Shown here one piece after another: positions 9,862 to 18,732 of a DNA stretch of 37,015 nt (its first letter is position 1; each line of letters begins with the position of its first letter). The notes below the pieces were generated by a model. The model was not told where the DNA came from. It was given only the letters and a program-made list of their open reading frames with translations, and ran no database searches. The translations under genes and the position numbers were made by a program. Origin of the DNA: an uncultured Dehalococcoidia bacterium (GTDB lineage Bacteria > Chloroflexota > Dehalococcoidia > DSTF01 > JALHUB01). The stretch lies in the NCBI GenBank assembly GCA_964609475.1, contig CAZSRY010000002.1, forward strand, positions 1-37,015. The letters are read 5' to 3'.

Positions 9862-10467
9862 CTAGCGGTACCGCTTGATCTCCAGGCTCTGGATGCGGCC
9901 GTTCACCTCCGCCCAGTTGATGTTCTGGAAGAAGGCGTCGATGTAGCCCTTGCGGCCGGCCCCGTAGTCCAGATAGTAGGCGTGCTCGTAGACGTCCATG
10001 ATGAGGATGGGCGTGCATCCCCATACCCCGTCGGAGTGGATGTCCGACAGGTAGTTGTGCAGCCTGCGGTCCTCCCAGTCGAACACCAGGACCACCCAGC
10101 CGCGGGCCGCTATCCCCAGCGCCCGGAACCCCGTCTCCCACTTCTCCCAGGAGCCGAAGTCCTCCTTGACCAGCTCGACGATGTCGCCCGTGGGGGTGTT
10201 GTCGCCGCCGCCCAGGTTCTGGAAGAAGCCCTCATGGAGGCGGACGGCGTTGGTGCAGAACACCTCCTCCCGCTTGAGCTCGCGGATCAGGGAGTAGGTG
10301 GCGTTGGCCTCCGATGGCTCCGCCTCCGCCGCCTTCGCCTCGATCTCGTTTATCTTATTGACATAACCCTTGTACAGGACGTCGTGGTGCTGCTCCAGCA
10401 GCTTCTGGGAGAGGCCCGGATAGCCTTTGCCGTCGCGGGGGATGAGGTCCTTAGCCTGCTTTGCCAT
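9862..10467 (-). CDS. Fe/Mn-family superoxide dismutase
   Basis: The C-terminal metal-ligand motif is DVYEHAYYLDY. The N-terminal helical hairpin contains EQHHDVLYKGYVNKIN. AAGGAGG lies 7 nt upstream of the ATG. Confidence 0.85.
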   Translation of the reverse strand: MAKQAKDLIPRDGKGYPGLSQKLLEQHHDVLYKGYVNKINEIEAKAAEAEPSEANATYSLIRELKREEVFCTNAVRLHEGFFQNLGGGDNTPTGDIVELVKEDFGSWEKWETGFRALGIAARGWVVLVFDWEDRRLHNYLSDIHSDGVWGCTPILIMDVYEHAYYLDYGAGRKGYIDAFFQNINWAEVNGRIQSLEIKRYR

Positions 10468-10515
10468 GGCGCAACCTCCTTGCTGGCTGAACTGTGAGGC
10501 TATGACGATGCCTAT

Positions 10516-10524
10516 AGTATACCA
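10516..10524 (-). promoter_or_regulatory. Extended -10 element (TGgTATACT) upstream of the SOD gene
   Basis: The minus strand reads TGGTATACT about 45 nt upstream of the SOD ATG, in an AT-rich patch. There is no clear -35. Confidence 0.4.
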
Positions 10525-10619
10525 TTTCGAAAGTAAACGGTGGAGAAACTACCTTACTGCTTGCTGGATCATGGGATCGCCGTCCGGAGAGACCCGGCGC
10601 CGGGCGTCCGCCGGTCGGG

Positions 10620-11237
10620 TCAGGCGGTGGCCCTCTCGAAGGGTGGGAAAAGGGACTCCAGCTCCTTGCGGATCGGGTCGTTGGGAGGCAGGTACTGGCT
10701 GAAGTCGCCCGAGGGCTCCTCCCGCTCCCACCTGCCCTCGGCGGCCTCCCGCTTGATCTTCTCCTGCAGCATCATGAGGCCCGTCAGCAACGACTCCGGA
10801 CGCGGCGGGCAGCCGGGGATGTACACGTCCACAGGCACCACTGTGCGCGCGCCCGGCAGCACGCTGTAGCCATAGGCGAAGGGCCCACCGGTGATGGCGC
10901 AGCCCCCCATGGCCACCACCCACTTCGGCTCCGGCATCTGGAGGTAGACGCGGCGGATGGCCGGTGCCAGCTTCCAGGTAACGGTCCCCGCCACGATCAT
11001 CAGATCGGCCTGGCGGGGAGAGGCCCGCATCACCTCCATCCCGAAGCGCGACATGTCGTAGCGGGAGGTGGCCATCGCAATCATCTCGATGGCACAGCAC
11101 GCCTGACCCCACATCACCGGCCACAGCGACGACCGGCGCGCCCAGGCGATGAAGGAATCAACCGAGGTCAGGAGGACGTTCTGACGTACCTCAGGCTCTG
11201 CTGGCCCCGGTATCGTGGGGGTTGGCTCTCCTATCAC
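10620..11237 (-). CDS. nuoB: NADH-quinone oxidoreductase subunit B-like protein (NuoB/20 kDa family), with no other nuo genes nearby
   Basis: [27 protein letters not shown] and IPGCPPRPE supply all four N2-cluster cysteines. My preferred start is GTG at 11237, preceded by AAGGTGA. The ORF track uses TTG at 11273. Confidence 0.8.
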   Translation of the reverse strand: MIGEPTPTIPGPAEPEVRQNVLLTSVDSFIAWARRSSLWPVMWGQACCAIEMIAMATSRYDMSRFGMEVMRASPRQADLMIVAGTVTWKLAPAIRRVYLQMPEPKWVVAMGGCAITGGPFAYGYSVLPGARTVVPVDVYIPGCPPRPESLLTGLMMLQEKIKREAAEGRWEREEPSGDFSQYLPPNDPIRKELESLFPPFERATA

Positions 11238-11410
11238 CTGCTCACCTTCTCGACCGTGGAATAGCGCAGCCAAACGCTGCCCCAGGACGCCTTTTGCGCC
11301 TGCAGTCCTATGATAAGGGGCACCGTGTCTGTGGACAAGCCCGGACCATGGCGAACGCGGCGGCGCGCCTCCAGGTATATATCACAAAAAACATCGAAAG
11401 CATTTCAAGC

Positions 11411-11439
11411 TTGACAATTGACTCGGGCGGTGATACAGT
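11411..11439 (+). promoter_or_regulatory. Strong sigma-70-type promoter for the ArsR/SufR-like gene
   Basis: TTGACA (11411-11416), a 17-nt spacer and TACAGT (11434-11439), with a TGn extended -10 (tgaTACAGT). Confidence 0.6.
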
Positions 11440-11480
11440 CGAACTGGCCGCCGGACGAGAGCACAGACACGAGGGGCTGG

Positions 11481-12149
11481 ATGGAGAACACGCGCCACAC
11501 CATACTGGAGATACTGCGCAAGCGCAAGCAAGCCACCGTGGACGACCTGACCCGAGAGCTGGGCCTCGCCCCCGCCACCGTGCGCCGCCACCTCGACATC
11601 CTGATGCGGGACAACTACGTGAGCGTCACCCAGAAGCGACGCGACATCGGCCGGCCCCATTACGTCTTCTCCCTCACCGACGTCGGCGAGGACCTCTTCC
11701 CCCGCAGCTATGCCCAACTCACCAACCGCATGATCGATGAGCTCGTCGGCCTCGTCCCCGGCGAGACCAAGGGCAAGAGCGGACTGGCTCTGGCCGAGAT
11801 GATATTCGAGAGGATGGCCGACCGCGTGGCCCAGACCTACGCCGGCCGCATCACCGGCAAGACCCTCAAGGAGCGGGTCCAGGCGGCCACTGCCTTACTT
11901 GCGAACGAGGGCTTCTCTTTTGAGTTGCGTAAAGCCAAGGAAGGCTACCTGCTGCTTGGCCAGGGTTGCCCCTGCCCGCGCATCGCCAACGAGCACAACG
12001 AGGTCTGTGTCCACGATCAGCGGCTGCTCGCCCAGTTGCTGGACGCCGAGGTACAACCCGTCAGCGTCTCCCAGGAGGATGAGAGGAGCTGTTGCGCCTA
12101 TCTGGTGAAGGAGAAGGCTCCGACCTCGCGATCGTCCTCAGCCGGCTAG
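11481..12149 (+). CDS. ArsR/DeoR-type winged-helix regulator with a Cys-rich C-terminal domain (SufR-like)
   Basis: The wHTH is ILEILRKRKQATVDDLTRELGLAPATVRRHLDILMRDNYV, followed by GRPHYVFSLTDVGEDLFPRSY. The C-terminal cysteines are GCPCP...VCVHD...SCCAYL. The ATG at 11481 has a GAGGGG SD and lies downstream of the promoter, so the tracked TTG at 11418 is unlikely to be the start. Confidence 0.8.
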   Translation: MENTRHTILEILRKRKQATVDDLTRELGLAPATVRRHLDILMRDNYVSVTQKRRDIGRPHYVFSLTDVGEDLFPRSYAQLTNRMIDELVGLVPGETKGKSGLALAEMIFERMADRVAQTYAGRITGKTLKERVQAATALLANEGFSFELRKAKEGYLLLGQGCPCPRIANEHNEVCVHDQRLLAQLLDAEVQPVSVSQEDERSCCAYLVKEKAPTSRSSSAG

Positions 12150-13249
12150 CCCGCCGCTGCTGCTGGCGGCCGATCCTGTCCTCCCCTGAGGTCGCGCAGA
12201 TCGGTCCTGAGGATAACCAGCTTTTTCTCCTCGCCCATCACTATGAGGCAGTCGCCTACCTCCAGCCGCCTCTCGGGAGGGGGCCCCACGATCAGCTCCC
12301 CAGTCTGCGTCTCCAGGCCCAGGACCACGTTCAAGCCGGGGCGGCCGCTGAGCGCCTCCTCGATACTCTGGCCCGCCAGCTTCGAGCCCTCGTTCACCTG
12401 TATCTCCGCCACCCACCTATCGCCGCGGACAGAGTCCACGAAATCCGTCTCCAGCGGGTAGAGGGCCGAGAACGCTATGCTCCGCCCGCCGATCCGGTAG
12501 GGCGAGATCACCTTGTCGGCGCCCGCCTGTCGCAGGTGCTCCTCTCCCTCCTCCGAGCCGGCGCGGGCCACGATGAACAGGTGGGGATTCAGTGATCGGG
12601 TACAGAGGGTGATATACGTATTCTCAGCATCGCTGCCCACCGCTGCTATCAGCCCGCGCGCCCGTCTGATGCCCCCTGCCAGCAGGGCCTCTTCGGTAGT
12701 GGCGTTCTCTGCCACGTAGAGATAACCCAGGCTGCGGGCCTTCTCCTGGTGCTCCGGGGCGCTCTCTATCACCACAAAGGGAACCTTCTGTGCCGCTAGC
12801 TCGTGAGCCACCTCCTGGCCCACCCGCCCGAAGCCGCAGATCAGGTAGTGATTGCGCAGCGCGTCGATTCTCGTCTTCATCTTGCGTACCCCCAGCACTT
12901 CCTGCAGGTGTCCCTCTAAGACCGTCTGGATAGTGGCGTTGAGGACGTATAGAACGGCTCCCACGCCGAAGAATATGAGAAACATGCTGAATATGACGCC
13001 GCCCGTAGACAGAGGCCGGATCTCGCCGTAGCCCACCGTCGATAGGGTGATAGCCGTCATGAACAGGGCGTCCAGAGGCGGCCAGCCCTCGATCGCCATG
13101 TAGCCGATCGTTCCGGAGGCCAGCAGCGATGCGAAGACAGCCACGCCCGTCGCTATCCGCCGGACGTGCGGATCATCCCTCATCCTGTGGATCACCGCCG
13201 ACCCCGCCGTGGCCGCCAGGCGCCGCTCCCTCTGAATCTGATTCTCCAC
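12146..13249 (-). CDS. Potassium channel with RCK (TrkA-N/TrkA-C) gating domains
   Basis: TVGYGE is the selectivity filter and sits between two TM helices. A Rossmann-like RCK-N domain (YLICGFGRVGQEV) and a TrkA-C-like tail follow. The start is GTG with a GGAAGG SD. Confidence 0.85.
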   Translation of the reverse strand: MENQIQRERRLAATAGSAVIHRMRDDPHVRRIATGVAVFASLLASGTIGYMAIEGWPPLDALFMTAITLSTVGYGEIRPLSTGGVIFSMFLIFFGVGAVLYVLNATIQTVLEGHLQEVLGVRKMKTRIDALRNHYLICGFGRVGQEVAHELAAQKVPFVVIESAPEHQEKARSLGYLYVAENATTEEALLAGGIRRARGLIAAVGSDAENTYITLCTRSLNPHLFIVARAGSEEGEEHLRQAGADKVISPYRIGGRSIAFSALYPLETDFVDSVRGDRWVAEIQVNEGSKLAGQSIEEALSGRPGLNVVLGLETQTGELIVGPPPERRLEVGDCLIVMGEEKKLVILRTDLRDLRGGQDRPPAAAAG

Positions 13250-13350
13250 GTTCTTGCCTTCCGACCGGCCGCAGAGTCAAGGGTTTCTGAGGGGTTATCG
13301 GTATGCCGGCGGGAATACTGCACTAGGCAGACCCCAACCCTTAGGCATCC

Positions 13351-13359
13351 TGCTATAAT
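13351..13359 (+). promoter_or_regulatory. Consensus extended -10 (TGcTATAAT) upstream of the PfkB-kinase operon
   Basis: The sequence tgctataat lies at 13351-13359, 44 nt upstream of the proposed ATG at 13403. There is no good -35. Confidence 0.4.
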
Positions 13360-13402
13360 GGGCGCGGTCGCGCTTCCCTATGTAGTCGGAGCTGCTCCAC
13401 TC

Positions 13403-14410
13403 ATGGACGTCATCGGATTCGGGGCCATCAACCTCGACGAGATCTACTCGGTCTCAGTTTCGCCACCGCCGGCTGATGCGGGCGGCATAGCCCCAGGCTC
13501 GGAGGCGCTGGCGGATGATGACACGTATACCAGGCTTACCCAGTGGCTGGAGGCAGCCGGCACTTCCGCTGCCACATCGGGCGGCGGCCAGGCCGCCAAC
13601 ACCATGTACGCCCTGGCGCGCATGGGATTCCGCACGGCGGTCATCGGCGGCGTCGGCGCGGATGCCGAAGGCGATTCCCTGCTGGCCGGTCTGGCGCCCG
13701 TGGATACGTCCCACGTCGTGCGGGGCGGGCGGACTGCCAGATGCGTCGTCGTCCTGGACGAGCGCGGCGAGCGTACCATCTTGGTGCGACCTGCCAGCGA
13801 GGTGCCTGCGCCTGACCCCGTCGCCGCCTGGACTGCTCTGGGAGGGGCGCGCTGCCTCCACCTGACCTCCCTCACGCACAGCCAGGGGCTGAAAGCGCAG
13901 CGCAGGCTCGTGGAGACGATACCCAACCATGTGAAGCTGAGCTTCGACCCCGGCGAGCTGTACTGTCGCCTGGGGGCGCGGGCGCTCGCGCCCATTCTGG
14001 AAAGGACTTATGTCCTTTTCCTCGGCGAGCGCGAGGCGGAGCTCCTGGTTGGCAGCAGCGACGCTGAGGGCTGCGACAAGCTGCTCTCGCTGGGCCCTTC
14101 TCTCGTCGTCTGCAAGAGGGGCGCCCAGGGCGTCGAGGTGCTCACCGCCGACGGCCAGCGGTTCGCCATCGCCGCCAAGGATGTCGCCCTCGTCGACCCC
14201 ACGGGCGCCGGCGATGTCTTCGCGGCGGGCTTTCTGGCCGGGCTGCTGCTGGGCCAGGACCTTCAGCGCTGCGCTGCCCTGGGCACGGAGGCGGCGGCGC
14301 AGAGCATCACCAGCTACGGGCGCTCCAGCTACCCGGGCCCTGAGCTTCTCCAGTCGATGGACCTGCCGACGCCGGCCGAGAGCCGTATGAAAGGGAGCGC
14401 GCCGACATGA
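13403..14410 (+). CDS. PfkB-family carbohydrate/nucleoside kinase (ribokinase-like)
   Basis: The N-terminus MDVIGFGAINLDEIY is typical of the family. The PfkB signature DPTGAGDVFAAGFLAGLL is present. The tracked ORF start (13166) overlaps the K+ channel gene and lies upstream of the TATAAT box, so I prefer ATG at 13403. Confidence 0.85.
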   Translation: MDVIGFGAINLDEIYSVSVSPPPADAGGIAPGSEALADDDTYTRLTQWLEAAGTSAATSGGGQAANTMYALARMGFRTAVIGGVGADAEGDSLLAGLAPVDTSHVVRGGRTARCVVVLDERGERTILVRPASEVPAPDPVAAWTALGGARCLHLTSLTHSQGLKAQRRLVETIPNHVKLSFDPGELYCRLGARALAPILERTYVLFLGEREAELLVGSSDAEGCDKLLSLGPSLVVCKRGAQGVEVLTADGQRFAIAAKDVALVDPTGAGDVFAAGFLAGLLLGQDLQRCAALGTEAAAQSITSYGRSSYPGPELLQSMDLPTPAESRMKGSAPT

Positions 14411-15228
14411 CCCTACGCCTGGGATGGTTCTCCACCGGTCGCGACCAGGACGCCGCCGACATCCTCGCCCGTATCCACGACGCCATACTGGCGGGAACCC
14501 TCGACGCCACCATCGAGTACGTGTTCTGCAATCGCGAGCGCGGCGAGTACGACGTCAGCGACCGCTTCCTGGACCTCGTGGAGGAGCGGGGCCTGCCTCT
14601 CCTCTGCAAGTCATCCGCCGCCTTCCTGCCGGAGCTTCGCAAGCAGGACCGCGAGAGGTGGAGACCCCTCTACGATAGGGAGGTGCTCCAGGCCATATCG
14701 CCGTTCCAGGTGGACATCTGCGTCCTGGCTGGCTACATGCTCATAGTCAGCGAGGTCATGCACGGGCCCTACCTGATACTGAACCTTCACCCCGCCAAGC
14801 CTCACGGCCCCGCTGGGAGCTGGCAGGACGTCATATGGCGCATCATCGCCGAGAGGGAGAAGGAGGCCGGCGCCATGATCCACATCGCCACGGCAGAGCT
14901 CGACAGGGGCCCCGTCGTCGCCTATTGCACCTTTCCGACCGTTGGCGGCCGCTTCGACCCGCTGTGGGAGGAGATGGCCGCCAAGCTCCGAAACGCCGCC
15001 CTTGAGCAGATCAAGGCCGCCGAGGGACAGCGCGAGCCCCTCTTCGCCGCCATCCGCGAGGCCGAGTTCAAGCGCGAGATCCCGCTGCTGCTCGGCACGC
15101 TGGTAATGGTGGCCGACGGTCGCATCGCCTTCCGCGGCAAGACCGTCCTCGTCGACGGCCAGCCCTCCGAGGGCGGCCTCTGCCTCAACGAGTGGGTGGA
15201 GAAGCAGCTAGCCGAGGCCCAAACATGA
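14407..15228 (+). CDS. Formyltransferase-domain protein (PurN/Fmt-like) with a C-terminal extension of about 70 aa
   Basis: ILNLHPA supplies the Asn and His of the N-x-H catalytic motif, and AELDRGPVV supplies the catalytic Asp. There are ATGA overlaps with both neighbouring genes. Confidence 0.8.
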   Translation: MTLRLGWFSTGRDQDAADILARIHDAILAGTLDATIEYVFCNRERGEYDVSDRFLDLVEERGLPLLCKSSAAFLPELRKQDRERWRPLYDREVLQAISPFQVDICVLAGYMLIVSEVMHGPYLILNLHPAKPHGPAGSWQDVIWRIIAEREKEAGAMIHIATAELDRGPVVAYCTFPTVGGRFDPLWEEMAAKLRNAALEQIKAAEGQREPLFAAIREAEFKREIPLLLGTLVMVADGRIAFRGKTVLVDGQPSEGGLCLNEWVEKQLAEAQT

Positions 15229-16331
15229 GCGTCCCCCGTCCCATCCAGCTGGATTCCGACTGCGAGGGGCCTCTCTGCCTGAACGATAACGCCTTCGAGG
15301 TCTGCGCCAGGTACGTGCCCAGCGGAGAGCGCCTCTTCACCCAGGTGAGCCGCTACGACGACTACCTCGCCGATATCGTCCGGCGAGAGGGCTACGAGGC
15401 GGGCAGCACCCTCAAGCTCATCGCCCCCTTCCTGAAGGCGTTCGGCCTCACCAACGCCGAGATGCTCGCCTTCTCCAGGGGCAGCGTCGACATGGTGCGG
15501 GGCGCCGAGGAGCAGTTCGCCCACGTGCGCCGCTTGGCCATCCCCGCCTTCGCTGTGAGCACCAGCTACCAGCAGTTCGCCCACGCCGTGGCGGAGAGAC
15601 TGCGAATCCCCCTCGACCGCGTCTACTGCACCCCCTTCGACCTGGACAGCGTATCACTGCCCAAGGCTGAGCAGGGCGAGCTCAGAGCCCTCGCCCAGAA
15701 GATAGCCGAGATGCCGGCCATCGAGCTCCCGGACAGCGCCGACGAGGGACTCTCCTCTTCCACACTGGAGTCCATCGCCCTCATGGAGGAGCTGTTCTGG
15801 CGGCGCCTCCCCGACATGAAAGCGCAGTCGATCATCGACTCCGTCCAGTTGGTGGGAGCGGAAGGGAAGGCCCGCGCCATCCTGGACAGCCTGGAGAGGA
15901 CGGGGAAGCGCCTGGCCGACCTCATCTACATCGGTGACAGCATCACCGATGTCAAGGCCTTTGAGCTCGTCAGGAGCGGCGGCGGGCTGACCGTCTCATT
16001 CAACGGCAACCGCTACGCCGTCGACGTGGCGGAGATCGCCTGCGCTGCCGACGACGCCATCGCCAGTTGCATTATCATCGATGTCTTCAGCAGGCACGGC
16101 AGGGAGGCAGTCCTTGAGCTGGCCGGGAAGTGGCCCGAGAAGAGGTCTTCTCAGCTCGCCCTTCTCGACGACTTGGGCGTGGCAGCGGCGGTAGCTCACA
16201 GGCTGGAGTCCCTGACCAGCCGCGGCATTCACATCCGGCACGTGAGCGACGGCTCCAAGGCCGAGATACGGGAGCAGAGCGCGAAGATGCGCGTCCTCCT
16301 CAGGGGAGAGCACATAGGCAGCCTGGGGTAG
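15225..16331 (+). CDS. HAD-superfamily-like protein (possibly the family annotated as EhaR-like; from memory, unverified)
   Basis: Motif I-like LDSDCEGPLCLNDNAFE, motif II-like AVSTS and motif IV-like IYIGDSITD are present. The ATG at 15225 overlaps the upstream stop (ATGA). Confidence 0.6.
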   Translation: MSVPRPIQLDSDCEGPLCLNDNAFEVCARYVPSGERLFTQVSRYDDYLADIVRREGYEAGSTLKLIAPFLKAFGLTNAEMLAFSRGSVDMVRGAEEQFAHVRRLAIPAFAVSTSYQQFAHAVAERLRIPLDRVYCTPFDLDSVSLPKAEQGELRALAQKIAEMPAIELPDSADEGLSSSTLESIALMEELFWRRLPDMKAQSIIDSVQLVGAEGKARAILDSLERTGKRLADLIYIGDSITDVKAFELVRSGGGLTVSFNGNRYAVDVAEIACAADDAIASCIIIDVFSRHGREAVLELAGKWPEKRSSQLALLDDLGVAAAVAHRLESLTSRGIHIRHVSDGSKAEIREQSAKMRVLLRGEHIGSLG

Positions 16332-16419
16332 CCGATGCCTGTCGCCGAAGGCGGCGCCGTATTATCATACGCCTACCGGTCGAGAGCCTTACGACCAAGC
16401 ATGACTGATGGAGGGTAGC

Positions 16420-17847
16420 ATGAACTCCGACTGGCCTTTCTACCTCGCTGGACAATGGGAGCGCTCGGACGAATCGCTCCCCGTGACCAACCCCTACGAC
16501 GGCAGCGTCGTCGGAACGACCTACCGCGCACCCCCTGAGCAGTTGGAGCGGGCCATCGTCGCCGCCGAGAAGGCCTTCCCGATCACCCGCAACCTCGCCA
16601 GCTACCAGCGTGAGGAGATACTCCTTGCCGCAGCCCGCGGCATCGAGGAGCGAAGCGAAGAGCTGGCCCGTCTTCTCGCCCAGGAGGCCGGCAAGCCCAT
16701 CCGCGATGCCACGGCGGAGGTCAATCGCAGCGTCTTCACCTTCCGCGTCGCTGCCGAGGAGTGCAAGCGGATCGGCGGCGACGTGATACCCCTGGACTGG
16801 ATGGCCGCGTCGAAGGGACGTTTCGCCATTACCCGCCGCTACCCCATTGGGCCGGTGGCGGGGGTATCCCCCTTCAACTTCCCTCTCAATCTTGCCGCGC
16901 ACAAGGTGGCCCCGGCCATCGCCGTAGGGAACCCCCTCGTGCTCAAGCCGCCCTCTGACTGCCCCCTCACCATGCTGGCGGTGTCCCAGATCATCGACAA
17001 GACGGGGCTCCTCCCCGCCGGCGCCCTCAGCGTACTGCCCATGAGCCGCCCCGTTGGCGACCGCCTCGTCCCCGATGAGCGCCTGAAGCTGCTCACCTTC
17101 ACCGGCTCGCCGGCCGTCGGCTGGGATATGAAGAAAAGGGCCGGGAGCAAGCGCGTGGTGCTGGAGCTGGGTGGAAACGCTGGCGTCATCGTCGACCGCG
17201 ACGCCAACCTCGACTACGCCGTGCCCCGCAGCGTCTTCGGCAGCTTCGCCTATGCCGGCCAGATCTGCATCTCCATCCAGCGCATCTTCGTCCAAAGGGA
17301 CATCTTCGACGAATTCAGCAGCCGTTTCATCGAGGCCACCCGTCGCCTCAAGGTGGGCGACCCCCTGGAGCCTGAGACCGAGATGGGGCCCATCATCAGC
17401 GACTCCGCCACCGAGCGCATCCAGTCCTGGCTCGACGAGGCTGTCGCCGGCGGGGTCAAGCTGCTCACCGGCGGCGAGCGTCAGGGTCGTCTCATGCAGC
17501 CCACCGTGCTCCTGGACACGCCGCGCGACTTCAAGATCTCCTGTCTGGAGGCCTTCGCGCCGGTCGTCAACCTCCAGGCCTACGATGACTTCGCCGACGC
17601 CCTGGCCCTGGTCAACGACTCCATCTATGGTCTCCAGGCGGGCGTGTTCACCGGCACCCTGGAGCACGCCCTGGCTGCCTTCGACGGGCTGGAGGTGGGC
17701 GGCGTAGTCCTCAACGATGTCCCCACCTACCGCATCGACCACATGCCCTACGGCGGCGTGAAGTCATCCGGCCTTGGCAGGGAGGGACTGAAGTACGCCA
17801 TCGAGGATCACACGGAGATGCGCCTGCTCGTCGTCAACCGTCCCTAG
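16420..17847 (+). CDS. NAD(P)-dependent aldehyde dehydrogenase (ALDH superfamily; GapN/lactaldehyde-DH-like)
   Basis: VSPFNFPLNL, ELGGNAG (catalytic Glu), FAYAGQICISIQR (catalytic Cys) and PYGGVKSSGLGREG are all present. The ATG at 16420 is preceded by GGAGGG. Confidence 0.9.
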   Translation: MNSDWPFYLAGQWERSDESLPVTNPYDGSVVGTTYRAPPEQLERAIVAAEKAFPITRNLASYQREEILLAAARGIEERSEELARLLAQEAGKPIRDATAEVNRSVFTFRVAAEECKRIGGDVIPLDWMAASKGRFAITRRYPIGPVAGVSPFNFPLNLAAHKVAPAIAVGNPLVLKPPSDCPLTMLAVSQIIDKTGLLPAGALSVLPMSRPVGDRLVPDERLKLLTFTGSPAVGWDMKKRAGSKRVVLELGGNAGVIVDRDANLDYAVPRSVFGSFAYAGQICISIQRIFVQRDIFDEFSSRFIEATRRLKVGDPLEPETEMGPIISDSATERIQSWLDEAVAGGVKLLTGGERQGRLMQPTVLLDTPRDFKISCLEAFAPVVNLQAYDDFADALALVNDSIYGLQAGVFTGTLEHALAAFDGLEVGGVVLNDVPTYRIDHMPYGGVKSSGLGREGLKYAIEDHTEMRLLVVNRP

Positions 17848-17858
17848 GGGTGGGTGGC

Positions 17859-18701
17859 CTATTGCGGCTTGGCGGCGTAGACGACGATGCTCTTGGGCAG
17901 CAACCGGTTCCCCGCCTGGTCCAGCACGTGGTAGAAGAGGGAATAGGGCTCCTCGTTCGACCGCTCCCGCCACCTGGTGACGGCATCGACGCCCCAGGCG
18001 CGAAGAAGGGGCCAGGCGTCGAGCAGGTGGAGCAGGACCCAGTACACGGCCTCCACCGAGTTTCGGAGCCGCCTCGCGTAGACCCGCAGGCCGGCCGCCT
18101 CCACCGCCCGGACGATCCGGCCCCGCGTGTAGATACGTTTATGACCCCAAGGGTCTATTCTGTATAGCTCCGACAGCTGGTAGGCGACAAGCTCAGTAAG
18201 CGTGTCCGGCACGCTCACCGCCAGGCGTCCGCCCGGCCTCAGCACCCGCGCCATCTCTCGCAGCGCCAACCCGGCGTCGGCCACGTGCTCCAGGGTCTCC
18301 GTGCAGGTCACGAAGTCAAAAGAGGCATCGACAAAGGGCAGGCGTCCGCCGTCTCCCTCCACCAGCTCGATCTGCGGCCACACCTCGTCGAGGCGGCGAC
18401 GGGCCTCCCCCAGGTCGGCGCGGACCACATCGATCCCCGTCGCAAGACATCCGCGGCGCCCCATCCTCAGCATCAGGCGTCCCGCCCCGCAGCCGACGTC
18501 CAGCACGCGGCCTCCCGCCTTCACCCCCAGCAGGTCCAGGTCGACGACCTCCAGCCGGCGCAGCACCCCCGTCGGCACCCCCAGCAGGTCCAGATCGGCG
18601 ACCTTCAGCCAGCGCCGCACCCCCGTCGGCACCCGGCGACGGCGTGGCCACGGCTCCTTGTCCTGTCCCTGACGACTCTTGGTTGTGACTGAGGCCATCA
18701 T
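17859..18701 (-). CDS. Class I SAM-dependent methyltransferase (Methyltransf_11-like)
   Basis: Motif I is RVLDVGCGAGRL. The post-I region is LPFVDASFDFVTCTETLEHV, followed by RVLRPGGRLAVSVP. The N-terminus is Arg-rich and contains a duplicated 18-aa segment. The exact start is uncertain. Confidence 0.8.
   Translation of the reverse strand: MMASVTTKSRQGQDKEPWPRRRRVPTGVRRWLKVADLDLLGVPTGVLRRLEVVDLDLLGVKAGGRVLDVGCGAGRLMLRMGRRGCLATGIDVVRADLGEARRRLDEVWPQIELVEGDGGRLPFVDASFDFVTCTETLEHVADAGLALREMARVLRPGGRLAVSVPDTLTELVAYQLSELYRIDPWGHKRIYTRGRIVRAVEAAGLRVYARRLRNSVEAVYWVLLHLLDAWPLLRAWGVDAVTRWRERSNEEPYSLFYHVLDQAGNRLLPKSIVVYAAKPQ
18525..18632. repeat. Imperfect tandem duplication, 2 x 54 bp, in frame inside the methyltransferase N-terminus
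   Basis: Units at 18525-18578 and 18579-18632 both start ccccagcaggtccag and end cacccccgtcggcac. They encode VPTGVLRRLEVVDLDLLG and VPTGVRRWLKVADLDLLG. A third, partial echo (LLGVKAGGRVLDVG) leads into motif I. Confidence 0.85.
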
Positions 18702-18732
18702 CTGAACGGCGACCGGCTGGAATGATTCACCG

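Noticed and set aside
12146-12149. The convergent regulator and K+ channel genes share their stop codons within one CTAG palindrome (TAG on both strands).
   Set aside because: It is real in the sequence, but it is a trivial consequence of tight convergent packing. No functional implication can be supported.
16300-17742. A 480-aa minus-strand ORF.
   Set aside because: It lies antisense to the aldehyde dehydrogenase, which has all ALDH motifs. The composition is low-complexity and Gly/Asp/Glu/Ala-rich, so this is a shadow ORF.
18525-18632. Whether the 54-bp tandem repeat could be a CRISPR-like or minisatellite array.
   Set aside because: There are only two adjacent units with no spacers. They are in frame inside a CDS, and no cas genes are present. 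It is a coding duplication.
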